Assembly (NCBI GenBank): GCA_050230475.1
Contig: JBFLGF010000010.1
Location: 1-64,000 of the forward strand
Direction: 5' to 3'
From: Ancylonema sp.
Taxonomy: Eukaryota
DNA: 64,000 nt
Within the stretch, counting starts at the first letter, position 1. Each line of letters begins with the position of its first letter. The translations under genes were made by a program, and so were the position numbers. A model generated the notes under the pieces. That model ran no database searches and was not told the origin of the DNA. It was given only the letters and a program-made list of their open reading frames with translations. Positions 24,701 through 37,224 of the stretch are shown here, piece by piece.

Positions 24701-27700
24701 GAGAATTTGGGAATTTGGGTTACAACATGCAACTTCTAAGTTGTGCTGCTGATGCCGCTCAATGTGACTATTGATAAGCATGAAGGCTGCAAGGCCCCCA
24801 GTTTTGGAGGTTTTTGGCAGTTTTGGGCCCCCTGTGGCTTCCTGCTGGGCAATCTAGGATTCAGGGGTGGAGGTCTACTGTCATATATTCGCTATTACTG
24901 TTCACGGAAGCTCTGGTGCAGTGCACCCGTCTTGAGTGCATCAAGACTCTTTGACTGATGTTGCGCTTCTGAACACTTCCAGACGTGAATGCCCAGACAA
25001 GACTGTAGACCTCTGTGGATACTGTAGTCGTCTTCTCCTCTAATCTTTTCGCTAGGAATTTTCTGTCGTAAATGGGGCACATGCATGTCTTATACCATTG
25101 GAAATCTGATTTGTATTCGCCTTGAACTGCCTGACGATTTACACCTGCAGCTGAACCCATGGTGTAGGTTTCCTCTTCTTTCCTGAAGAGCTTTTAGCTT
25201 TTTTTTCTTCTTCTTTTCCTGAATGTACTGTCCTGAAGAGTCATTCTGAGAGACAATTGAGTGGGTTGCTTTCCTTATCACGCGTGTCTTATTTCTCCTG
25301 ATTTCCTTATCTCTCCAGGTCCTCCCCTGACTTGGCCCAGTTCCAAGAGGCTTACTTGCTGGAGGTTCAGCGTTTTCACGAGGCCAACTGGCTGAACGTA
25401 ATCCAGTTCAGGTCTCACTATCCGGATCTCTCTCCGTGCTGGGGTTTGGGGCCGTGCGGGGGTTTGGGGGCTGAAGCTCCAACCTTCTATATTTTTTCGA
25501 CTTGCTGGTCTTCCTCTGTGGAGGATAGCTTTATCAAACAGGCCCTAGATCTTTTACCTCAACTTCTTCAGCCATTTCCGTTGAAAGACATGCCTTCAGC
25601 TGTGTATCTGGACTTCGTCTGGCTGGCAGCAGCAGACAGCACAGTAATGAAGTCTGTCTTTGCTGCGGTAGCTGGGATGGCCCACTATTACATTAGTCAA
25701 ACTCCACTGTCTGTAGCAAGGGGCCAGAAGCTCGCAGCTGAAGCATGTAAAAGAGATGCCGTCCTTTCTTTGGCTGACCACCGAGACTATTGCTTAGACC
25801 CAGCGAAATTGGAAGAGGACAAAAAAAAGAGTCGAAGAGGCAGCAGCTTCTTTGGACAAGGTCTTTGAAATCACCGAACATTGGTGGTCGGAAGCTGTAG
25901 CTGGTTATGAGTACTATAATCATCGGCTCTTTGGTCCAGAATGGTATGTAATATGCAGAGAGGCTTGGTGTCTTAGACATGGTCGACCAGTAGAGGATTA
26001 TGTGTTGGAGCTTGGTCGCCAGACTGCTGCCCACGGTAGTAAAGTTTCTGTTGCGACGATGACCTACTTCAAAATGGTCAGAGATGCTGCTAAACCCCTC
26101 CAACGGATCACAGAGACCTATGCAGCTACCAACAGGAAAGGAGAGGAGGCGCGCAACGTGGCTGAGGCGGCACTGAAGAGAGCTGCAGAGGCAGCCCTGA
26201 AGGAAATCGAGAGAAAGGTGCAAGAAGCACGCTTAGAAGCAGATCGGAAGGCAAGCGAGAAGGTGGAAGCTGTGGGAAGCAACAGTCTCGTGAAAGGCAG
26301 CAAGCCGGAGGTAGGACGTGAGAGCAGCGAAGGCAGCGACAGGCAGGCTGGGAGGAAGAGGAGAGTGGATGGCAACCAGGTGGCACAGGTCGTTCCAGCA
26401 GAGATCACAGGACCCCCTCAAGGATCCACGCAGAGTCAGGTAGAGGCAACTCCTGCGAAAAATAAGACTGCGGAGATGGTGCCTGTATTACATCGAAATG
26501 TTTGGAATGATGCCTGCTTGCTTATAAAACAACTGATATCCCATGAACTGAAAAGGTGTTTCTGGGGAGGGGGGGGGGAGCAGGAAGAAGGAGCAGCACC
26601 AGAAACAAGTGATGGTGCAGGTGTGACGTCGGCTGTGAAGAGGAAGAGTGGCAAGAGAAGGAAAGCAGTCCTCTCAGGTGCTACTGGAGAAGAAGGGGAG
26701 ACAGTTGGTGGGAGTGAGGTCGGGAGATTGGCGGAGGGGTTGCAGCAGCTTCTGGACAGCACTGGCACCACGAAAACCAAGAAACAAACATTCAAGAGGG
26801 AGCACAGAGGAAGGGAGTGGAGACGAGAAGGGGCAGGAAGAAGGCTGGCAGTAAGCTAGTGGAAGTAGACAGAGTAGATTTGGACACATCAGCAGTGGCA
26901 GGGGAGGTCAGAAGCAGGGACAGCATTGAGGAAAAGGAGGTGGTGAAGGACTGTAGGGGGAGGAGCAGCATGGCAGCTTCGCAGACCATGGGCCGAGAGG
27001 GAGCCCTTCACATAGACGTAGCTAAGATGGGGAGGACGAAGAAGGCAGCACTCACCAAAAGTGATCAGAAGATGAAGAAGGAGGCTTCCGCAACGGAGCC
27101 TCCTTCAGTAGAGAAAGGGGCGAATTCAGCAGAGTCGGACCACGAAGATACTGAGGGGCTGAGGCTCTCCAGAGCTGTGTGGGCGACAGGGAACTCGACC
27201 ACCCCTGCAAAATCCTCATTGGGGGGTATAAAAGCAGATATCGTTTCCTACGTAGTGGATACAAACTGTTTTCTAGACGACCTGGACTTCCACAAGTTAC
27301 GGCAGATAGCAGACGGCTGCGCATACAAGTCCTCTACCAAAGTCAGGCTCATTGTACCGCAGCCAGGTCAGTATTTCAGTCCAGATCCAACAAACTCACT
27401 CTTTTGGCAACTTGCCGCCATCATAGGGGATTTATCTACTGACTGGCGTGAGCTCTGGCGCAGAGTTGGTTGCGGTTTTGGAAGAGGAATGGCTACCTGA
27501 TATCTAATGTGTGTGGATTGGTTTCCAATGAAAACACGGATGTTGTGTGATTCTTGTCTGCTTCCCCTGTTTGGCAGTGGTGTTCGAATTACGGCGGCTC
27601 ATGAAGAGGAGAGCGACGGCAGATCAGATACTCGTGGCTGATAAGGCTGAGGAGGCCCACAAGTATGATCCAAACCCAGACTTACTGATGTAGGCACAAC

Positions 27701-28154
27701 AATTTCGGCACGGACACTTGTTAGCGTTCACTACCTAGGCAAAGATGCAAAGATGGTATGAGCTTATTGAGTGATTCCACCCAGTACTAAACGCTGAGCC
27801 TCTGACAAGCGTGTTTAAATCTCACATCGGCCGTCCATAACCTGATCTCGGTGCAGATGGTATCATTTCCTCAAGTCACGCTACACCTCCTGGCTGGACA
27901 CAACGGGAAACAACGAGTATGAGCAGGTGAGAGGCTGTAGAACTTCAGTTGTTCAAGAAAATTGTGTTGTCCTTGTTTTGTAGTGTCGGTGTGGACGCAT
28001 AAGAGTGCAATTTTACCACCTTGTTGTGCAGCCTTATCAGCAAGAGGCAGAGGAGATGGATGACAAGATTGTGGGGCACGCTCTGTACTTGAGCAGAAAG
28101 GCTCAGTCAGGCACTGTCATCCTCCTCACCAATGACGTGGAAATGTCCAACAAT
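21780..28154 (+). CDS. Multi-exon protein with a C-terminal PIN ribonuclease domain (Swt1/SMG5-6-like); 5' exons and last exon uncertain; apparent frameshifts in the long exon
   Basis: Phase-consistent exons ending 27366, 27578-27662, 27857-27926 and 28032-28154 give YVVDTNCFL..LIVPQPVVFELRRLMK..MDDKIVGHALYL..VILLTNDVEM, with all four PIN acidic residues. Upstream ORFs 25332-25868, 25852-26859 and 26817-27500 overlap in shifted frames. Further AG..GT-bounded segments lie between 21.7 and 25 kb. Confidence 0.75.
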
Positions 28155-29902
28155 GTGAGTCAATCGTGAGCCTCAGAGTCCTTGCAAAGATCAATACAAA
28201 GGCGCTTTTCCACCTTATAGTACATGTTGAGCGGCACCGCCGTTGTAGTGTTGTATACAGCATGTGCTTCGAACAAGCTGGTTGGATCTTTTTGTTATGT
28301 CCCGTTTGCTTATGGTTGATGGTATTGGTGGGGATCTCCTCTCGCTTTTGTTGATCATCGTTGATCTTGAATGCGTGTGTTTTAGTTTGACAAGATGGTG
28401 TTAGGCGGTGGTGTGGTAAGCCACCTTTCCTTTGGGCCTCCTCACAATTAGAGCATTTGCGTATTGGACCATACATTGACGCTCCCTTGTATGATTTTTC
28501 CCCAGGCCATGGATTTCTGCAATCTTTTGGCTTTGAAGCCGGGTGACATCGAAAGCGATGGCACACCTATGCCAAGAAAGCTTGAGAACATACAAAGAAA
28601 TTTGAGACCAGTGTGAAATGAGACCTTGTCCGCATTGTTGATGCAAGTAGATGTTAGGCGCATAGAAAGATGTGTGTCGTTGCACACAATTGTAATGAGA
28701 ACCCACACAGGATGTGTAACATAACCTACTTTTGTACATTAAGTAGACTAGGTTATTGGTTCTATGCCTCTTCTAGTACAAGAGCATGCAAACACTAGTT
28801 GTCAAACAATGTTTGCACATGAATCCGGCACATAAATCAACGTCATTGACATAGAAGTTCCGCAAAATGAGTGCTAGGAGGGGCTGTGTTTCATCAAGCG
28901 ACGTGTGGTGTGTGAAGAAAAATATATTCTCTGAGTTCAAGGTGTTTGAGAGTGAAGGTAATTGTCGTGCTTGCTTTGATTTATGGTGTCGTCACAAGAA
29001 AAAGTGAGTGAGAGTGATGAGTGAACTTGACATACAAATTCACTCCATGACAATCCTCATGAAGATTGCCTGTTTTGATGCAATCAAATATGGCGCAATG
29101 AACCTAGACTCGTCTTGCACATTCTCTTGAGTGGATTTTGGAGATTGCCTTCTCAAGAAAGAAAGAGGAACATGCCTTGATATAAGAGTAGAGGAGAGTA
29201 CGTGGAAAAAATAGTTGACGAGTTGTTGAACCTATATTTAAATGTAGATAAAGAAAAATTCAATGATGCACACCTCGTCAATGGGCATGGGCGAACACAT
29301 GTATATTTGTGACCGGTGTATGTGTGTGTAGGGAGCATGAGTGGCCTCCTAAGACCGCCCGCTTGTGGAGACTTTGCGGCAACATGTGGGTAGCACGTGG
29401 GTAGTGGCCAAGTGGGTAATTAGATACATGGAGGGTGGGTATAGCAAGGGGGTATGGCAATAGGTGGTTCGGGCGGGAAGTATCCCAACAAACACCATAA
29501 TTAAACTCAACCACGGTGTCTTCTTTTCTTGTTGGAGTTTGCAATGGTGCAATGGCCATAGCGCCCATCGAAATTACTCTTGCGTGAGCAGGGTAAGTAG
29601 ATGCCGAAATGAGTGGAAGGCGAGTCTACAAGTGGTAGCCTACCACACTTGTTACGTTGTTTCGTGATGTGGCAATGGCACGAGTTGAAAAGCTACAACG
29701 GAAAATTGTGTCAACAGGTGGCGTAGAACCCGACGTTGCGTGATACGAATCACATGGGTTGGACGCCGTTTTTCTAAAAGATGGTTGTCGTTATCATTGA
29801 TCGATCAATCGATCGGCCGAATGACTTTTTCTTGATGCCGTCCTCACGCGGCCTCACTCGGCGCGGCCTCCCCCAACCCCGCCCAGACCAGCCTTATATC
29901 AG

Positions 29903-30722
29903 GGGAGATGTTACGCGCTGGCAACGACTCCGCGCAGACTAAATCCTGCGCGCAGAATGCGTAATCGCGCCCAGTCGGCCATTCTCGTACCGGCTGGTGA
30001 TTTGGCCGTTCGAAACTTGCCGTCAAAATTTAATCACATAACCCGGACTGCACACGTGTAACAATATTGCCACATCAGCGAAACGAAGCATGAGGTTCGG
30101 TAGCCTCCCTTTCTACTCAATTCGGCCTCTACTGCACCCTGATGCTACTAGCCGACCTTCCACTGCGGGCTATTTGTCATCCGTAGCCCTTCAATTTAAC
30201 CGACCTGGGCGAATATGCCACCAAATTGAAAGCACGCTCTCTGATCCCACTTTCAAATTATATTGTAAAAAAATAACGCAATATAATTTTGACACCATAA
30301 TATAGCCCAGTATATGAAACAATAGTATGGCAAGAAAGCACGCGCGAACAGCATAACAGGAAGGATTAAAAACTTTTTTATTGTTTTTTTTTCGGAAGAT
30401 ACAGAAAAATGTCATAGAAACATAGTCATCGTAAATTTTTTAAGAAAGGTGGGGTATGCACTCGATGCGGATGAATCGTGGCTGCCAAGGAAGGTAGGAA
30501 AGAGAATCGGGAGAGGCCGTGGGTCGGATGAAGCTGGTTCACGTACAGCAGCAATTATGCCACGATAAACCGATATACTACCAAAGATTCACGCCAACAT
30601 CGATTTTACGGGTAGTACCGGGAGAGTCCGGGTAGTTCGACGGCAAGTTCTGAACGGCCAAATCACCAGCCGGTACCCTTAGTCTGCGCGCAGTCGTTGC
30701 CAGTCTGCGCGTAACATCTCCC
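29903..30722. mobile_element. Non-autonomous TIR DNA transposon (Mutator-like) with an 8-bp TSD
   Basis: Long TIRs GGGAGATGTTACGCG..CTGGCAACGAC..GTACCGGCTGGTGATTTGGCCGTTC..AACTTGCCGTC mirrored at about 30638-30722. TATATCAG on both sides (29895-29902 and 30723-30730). Confidence 0.9.
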
Positions 30723-31652
30723 TATATCAGCCCGGTCTTGCCGCCAGTCGAGGACGGAACCTGGCGGCCAACCCCATTCCATATCTCTGAACTGGGTTAC
30801 TCGGGCTGGGGGCGGAGCGGGGCTGCGGGCTAGGCCCTATTTCAAAGCCCAGCTGCCCGACCCCCGCTGGCCGCACTCGGCCTCGCGGTTCCCCGTTCTC
30901 GGATTGGTGAGCCCAGCCCGAGCCCGTATCCATCTGATGAGAAGCTGGGCCGATTGGCCCCCCACCGTCGTAAATGCAACATGGGCGAGCCATGCGCCTT
31001 CGGCCATTCAGTCTAGCAGCAGGCTTCGATTATGGAGTCCTACCGAACTGCCAAACTTGTTCGTTTGCATTGTCATCCACTTGGCAGTTCTTGATATATC
31101 TTGATGTATCTTGAACAGTACTGCAGAGAGCAGTGTACTTTGTCCCGAATTTGGTGTTAATATTTGGTAATCTACGATGCATTGTGTACAGAGAGAAAAA
31201 AACAACGTTGCATAACACGACATTCTGTAGAGATGGAAATCCGTTGACCGTCTAATATCTTCGTGACTAGTGGCTGCTGACTAGATGACTATCCACGGAA
31301 CTGCCAAGTGTCCAGTGTGCTATTTGCATCAATGAAAATAGCACACAGGATGTCTATCTCCAAAGACGTTAAAATCCCGATATGTTGCATGCTGTTGATT
31401 TTTCTCTAAAAATAGGTACTTCACCGCCACGTCTGAGTCCTAGCATGTGACGGCCGGAAATCAAATCGACATGACATCGAGCTTTCTTTCATTTAAGAAA
31501 TGCTCACAGGCACAGATTGCATTATTTTTCTGGTGTCGTCTGAATCTTTCAAGACCTGCTTCCTATCAGCGGAAAGTCGCGAGGCTATCATCACTCCACA
31601 AGGCTTCATTTTAAACGATAGCACATCACTTCATTTGAAGCCATGTAGTGCA

Positions 31653-32842
31653 ATGGAAGCTCTTTCTCGCCCTCCTTTTCTCTCCCTCTTCCTGACAGGG
31701 CTGCTGACATTGACTTTCCTCTCATTCACGGTTGCGCAGCAGCAGCAAGTGCAGGCCTTCACAACCGGGGGTGGTGCCTCAACTGTAGCCGTCGGCTCGC
31801 AGTCAGGGACGGGCCAGCCGGCCACGTCATACTATGTTGTTCAGTCTGGCTCCAATCCCCCCCAGATTTACGCATTCTCCAGTGGTCAGGCTCCCCGTGT
31901 TGTGACTGCGGGGCACCAAGTGCCTGCGGGCAGTGGAGCATTCTTCATTCTGAACCAAGCAGCAGGGCAGCAGATGCAGCTAGGACTCACAGCAGCGGTT
32001 GCAGGGGCAGCTACGGCCTTGCAGCTGCAACAACAGGCAGCTGCGGGTCGCACAGGTGGAACCAGTCACGCCGCGAGTGAGGATGGGGTCCATGTTTGGC
32101 TCTTGACGTGTTGCAGTCACTACTTTTTCTGACTTCGCTCAGCACTTGCAAGAAGCATTCAATGCAGCCATCTGGTGCTGTTGTATCAATGGACGCCACT
32201 AGAGTCCTTGTGGGGCACAAATTGTGTTCCTCATTCTTGTCTTTGGCCAAGGAGTGATGCCGAATATCACATGTCGACATGTCGGTCGTCGACCTGGTGA
32301 CATGTACAATTTCAAGCACACGTGGCAGAATGTTTCTGCGCTCTTGTAGTCCTCGTAGCCCATTTTTTGTACAGAGACATGAACTGCTTCCTCACTGTAC
32401 CTGCTCGTCATTGGACCTCTGACAGCCTTGAAGAAAACAATCGCATGTCATGTCAGCAAGCACTGCTGGAGCTGCTGCTGTCTCCGAACGTACAAGTACA
32501 GGCTTGTAGTCAGGCTGGTTAACTTACAAATAAGTAAACTAACGCTGCTGGTTCTTTTCTCTGCTCCTTCCAGCTGTATCCCCCAGTGCCCAGACTACCG
32601 CTGTCCCTGGGGGAGGTTCTCTTGTGCTGACCCCTAGTGCCACAGGCACCACTGTGCAAGGATTTCTGCCTAATGGCGAACCGGCAACCACACCTATCTT
32701 TGTCCCCTCCAGCACCGGGGGTTCTGCGACCCCCAAAACCGGCACTCAACCGCAAACCACCACTCACGAGGCGGTAGATGCTGCAGGTACAATATACGGT
32801 TTTTCTGTTTTGTTGTTTTGTATCTTCCTCTGTGTTGCATAA
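31653..32842 (+). CDS. Secreted Gly/Ala/Ser/Thr/Pro-rich protein, probably GPI-anchored; 230 aa; exons 31653-32076 and 32574-32842
   Basis: Hydrophobic signal peptide (FLSLFLTGLLTLTFLSFTVA), phase-1 GT..AG intron joining in frame (424+269=693 nt), hydrophobic C-terminal tail FSVLLFCIFLCVA*. Confidence 0.8.
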
Positions 32843-35785
32843 CTCGAATTTTTGAATGATGTTTCCCACTGGATGTTGGTAGGACGTATCTCCAAATTGA
32901 ATGCAACTCTCTCGCGAGAGACACTTCGATGAGATGATGAACTGAGTTGTGACACCCAGAAATATGAGGACTAAATATTTTAGGTATTGGACTTCCTTGA
33001 TCTTGAGATTCTCGTGTTTTTTTTTTCCTGGCGGAGTCGAAGATGCGGCTCCACGCCAATTATTGTGCCATAAACATACCGCTTGTGAAGTGTCCAACAA
33101 TTTGAGTACAGGCTAATTGGGCTTTGGGTTACTACAATTTTCAATTTACAATGTGCACTGGCATTTGCATTTGCGTTACTACAATTTGCATTCAATTTTA
33201 ATACTGAATATGTCACATGCTTTTGTTCTCTCTTTTCAGGCGAACAAACTCCATCGTTGGGAAGGAAGGGTGGCTCGGACTAAATTCTGACATGGTTGAT
33301 GGCTTTGTAGTTTCCCTGTGTATCAATGTGTCGATTGTTAGGCAATGATGTTCAGTACATTGTAGTGTTCTTTGTATCCGTATGTACATACAACTCGGCT
33401 CCTCGGTTTGAATTTTTGTAGGCTCCCTTTTTCTTTTGGTGCTTCTTTTCAAGAAAAAATGTGAGAAGACAAGAGGAGCCAAATGTATGAATTGACTTCA
33501 CGTATTTTTCTTGTTTGTTTGTGAAGTATCGAGTGTGCTTGTCATTTGGGTGTCAAAACGGAGATGAGACAATGTATAAAGATAAGTAGGTTTCACTCAA
33601 CACGAAGGAACATGTAGTTTAGCCTTGAGATTCGATTAACAAATATATTCATAAAACACTTATTACTTTTCGTCTTCATCCTTGGTTAATTGGTTAGAGC
33701 ACTCAGCTAGGGGAATATGGTTATTAATTCTAGGGAAATATGACAATGGGTGAGACAGATCTGTAGAGGAGTCAAATAAACCATCATATAACATGACACT
33801 AAGGTGGGTGTCTTACCACGTAACAACAAAATATAGTTGTCAAGCTACTCTAACTAACGAAGCATGACCACCACAAGGAGCCTCATCTTCCTCAAACTAT
33901 GCAAGCACTCGAGCAAATCGTTAGATTAGCACACAGGGTAAATTATTTGATGTAGCGAGCTTTAAGAGGTGACTTACCCTTAGATGCGTGTACGCTTTGA
34001 ATCCTTGGATGCGTTTATGCTTTGAGTTGATTGAAGAAACACCAAACACATTCTCATCTTTATTGTGCAAACCCAAGCAAAGATGCAATAACGGATTTAG
34101 GTGTCAACCTTGACTACTTGCATTGTAAGAGTTGTTAGCCGACAATAGTATATTTTTCATTATTAAAAAAAACGGACGAAATCATAGAAAGTTTTGCCGA
34201 TGGTTGTGAAGAGTTGACGAAGAGTTGAGTTGACATTAGCGAGTACTCTAACCTTTCCTGACTGTTGATTATGTTGATGACTCGAGTGAAGGTTGCACTC
34301 GAGTGAAGGGAAATTATTCAAGCATGATGACCGAATCGGCCGTACCGCGAACCGAGGATCCGACCTCGGACCTGGGTCTGTCCTTGGAGGCCGAAAATGT
34401 CGGACCGGCAAGTAGGGTACATTCGGTTTTTATAGGCTTGATTAATATTCCCTAAAGAAAATAACCCGATTTTTTTAGTAGTGTAAAACCACATTGTGCA
34501 TCTTTATTAAATTCGAAATGTATGCAAAGTTATTATTCAGTCATGATTACTTGTATCAACACAAACCGGTTTTCGAATCGAAATTCGTCCCAGTCCCGAC
34601 CTCGACCCCTACCTTGGACAAATCTCGTCGTTTCTAGGGTTGATTTTTGGGGGCGTATGCTGAGCGTTTCCCCCCCCCCCCCCTGATAATCCGAATCTAA
34701 TAGCACTTCGTGCTATGCCGACGCACCATCTATGTCACACTGGTTACACTAAACGGGTCCAAAATTATCGAGAACTTAGATTTTGATATTATATAATTAT
34801 CATTTTGATTATGACATGTGTGAAACGCTAGGCATGCGACATATGTTTTCGTCAAAGCTACACGTGCTTCTTACTAGATTTTTGAATGATAATGATGTTG
34901 ATTAATTACTTGCTATATAAATGACATCGTTGACTTTATCGTTCCTTTATACTCCTATATCAACTAAATATTTTTTATCGTATAATCACATGTGTGTTTG
35001 TGAGAACATGAAAAAACCCAAAAAAAGGTATTATGATTATTTGAGTGAATGAGGAGAAGGAGGAGGACAAAATAAATCGCAAAAAAAAAAACCAAAACTC
35101 TCTTTCAAATCGTATACAAACAATTATATATTTATTTATTTTAAAAAAAAAAAAAAAAGTGTAAGCCTCTCAAAAGACTCCGCGCCAAAAATGTTGCTTT
35201 AGCGGTTAGGGCCTGGCCCAATATTATCGATCATGCAACGCTACTTAATACTTATTTGTCATGTGTAACTCTTTTGTAAGTCAAGGTTCTCCAAATCACT
35301 TGTCGTTTAGAGTGCATCCAATCCACACAAATATAGATTCTACGACTAGATGCAAATTGACCTTTTTAAGAGTAGCTAGCTTACTATACAACCAACTTTA
35401 ATGTCACCCAAACCACGGACCGCGGTTGGAGAAGTCCCGATTATGGACCGTGGTCCAAAAATAATAGTCAATTCCGGTTCGAGTAAGTAGCGAAATGAAA
35501 TATTATCATTCCAAATTTGATTTAACTCGTATATCGGATTTGGCTTAAACTTTCGCGTATTCGATGGGAAGCCCGGTTTACATCACTTTTAGGGTTGACT
35601 TGATCCCCCACATTTCCCCTAAATGAAATGCGTGGTAAAAAAAGTCATAAGGATCGCACGTTCCGTCTAGGTACCATGTTAGGCCTCCCCCTTTACATTG
35701 TGCCTCTAGAGTGTGCCCCCTACATCGCTACTAGCCCTAAAGTGCTAGTAGCGCGTGTTGTTTTTATATCGAGTTTTTCCGATGA

Positions 35786-35943
35786 CAGTAAAACCTGTCT
35801 AGAGGAATACTGTCGCGACCGGGAAATAATATTCCTTTAGACATGATATTCACTTAGACAGGGACGGTTCCTAACAAATCCGGTTTTGGGACCGGGATTT
35901 TCGATTCCTTTAGAGAGTTTATTCCTTTAGACAGGTTATACTG
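35786..35943. mobile_element. 158-bp MITE (pogo/Tc1-like); degenerate relatives at about 36307-36480, 20973-21147 and 46990-47543
   Basis: TIRs CAGTAAAACCTGTCTAGAGGAATA / TATTCCTTTAGACAGGTTATACTG followed by TA. Shared internal motifs ttcctttagac and gggaccgg occur in the relatives. Confidence 0.8.
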
Positions 35944-37224
35944 TATATCAAAAAATTGTAAGCCCGAATATGTCCCGGTTATTTTAAGCGCTATTGTCAA
36001 TTATTTGATGTACTGTAGATCTCTACTTGTCCACCAAAGTTCAACAACAATTCATTACCCGCGCTCTAGTGTGGAAAATAGTTTTGGGCTTTTCGTTGAG
36101 GTATGTATTCACGTCGTGTGTGAACTCCAATCATGTGCCGCTAATTGAATCACTTCCGCGTTGCGTCTAGTTTCATGTGGTAACACAAAATAACTTCCTC
36201 ATTCGACACTTCGTCATGTCCTACCTATTTCATTTTGTATTTGGCAAGGTTTATTTGAACCTCGAGATATTAGGAACCTGCAAATGATGTACAATATAAT
36301 ACAAAACAGTATAAATCTGTCCAAGGGAATACTATCGGGACGGAGAAAATTTATTCCTTTAGACAGGTTATTCACTTAGACATAGACGGTTCCTAAACAT
36401 TCCGGTTTTGGGACCGGAATTTTCTACTCTTTTAGAGAGGTTTTTCTTTCAGACGGTGCTCCTTCATAAATGTTATATTCTACATCAATTATCATATCCT
36501 ATATAATACATTTTCTTACATGTCGAAAATATGACATTCGAAAGAATCCAGATTCGGAGCCAACCCATCAAATACTTAATTCCTACCTATAAAAAAAAAA
36601 GGTAGTATAACGCAAGCTGGATATGTTGACTTAATGTAGTATAAACATCGGCAAAGGGATAATAGAAACTTCTCAAAATATTCTTGGGTTCGCTATCCTC
36701 CCGAAAAATGCGTGGTGTCTCCCTCAAGACCGTTATGAGATGTCGATAGCAATACGGAGCATATCAAATGGGTGGCCAAGTACCATCAAGTGATCTTTAA
36801 GACTAAGCTTGATCTCCACATGCAAAGAAACCTTTCAACAAGAAGTTATGTTGATTCAACACGTGTTGCTCTATCAAACAAACCGGTTGCACAAAGATGT
36901 ACTCCAATTTCATATCCGCTCAGTATTTTAAGTGGACACAAAAGAGATACACATCATGTATCAATCAACGTATAGAACTAAATCATCCACATTTTTTATT
37001 CGCCCAAATGCGTAAAGGAATTATTTTTCTCTATCATAGTAAATTAAAGTCCACGTACTTCAAATGCTTGGCAGTCTATACAACCTCGTCCCCTCCCTCG
37101 CCTCATACACCTTCTAACGAGCTCTACACATGTACGTCACACAACTCTTCCCCCTCCCTTCTACTCGTCTACCCAACCACCAAAACGCCTAGATTCCATT
37201 TCCCGGCTCCTCGGTTCCCATAAC

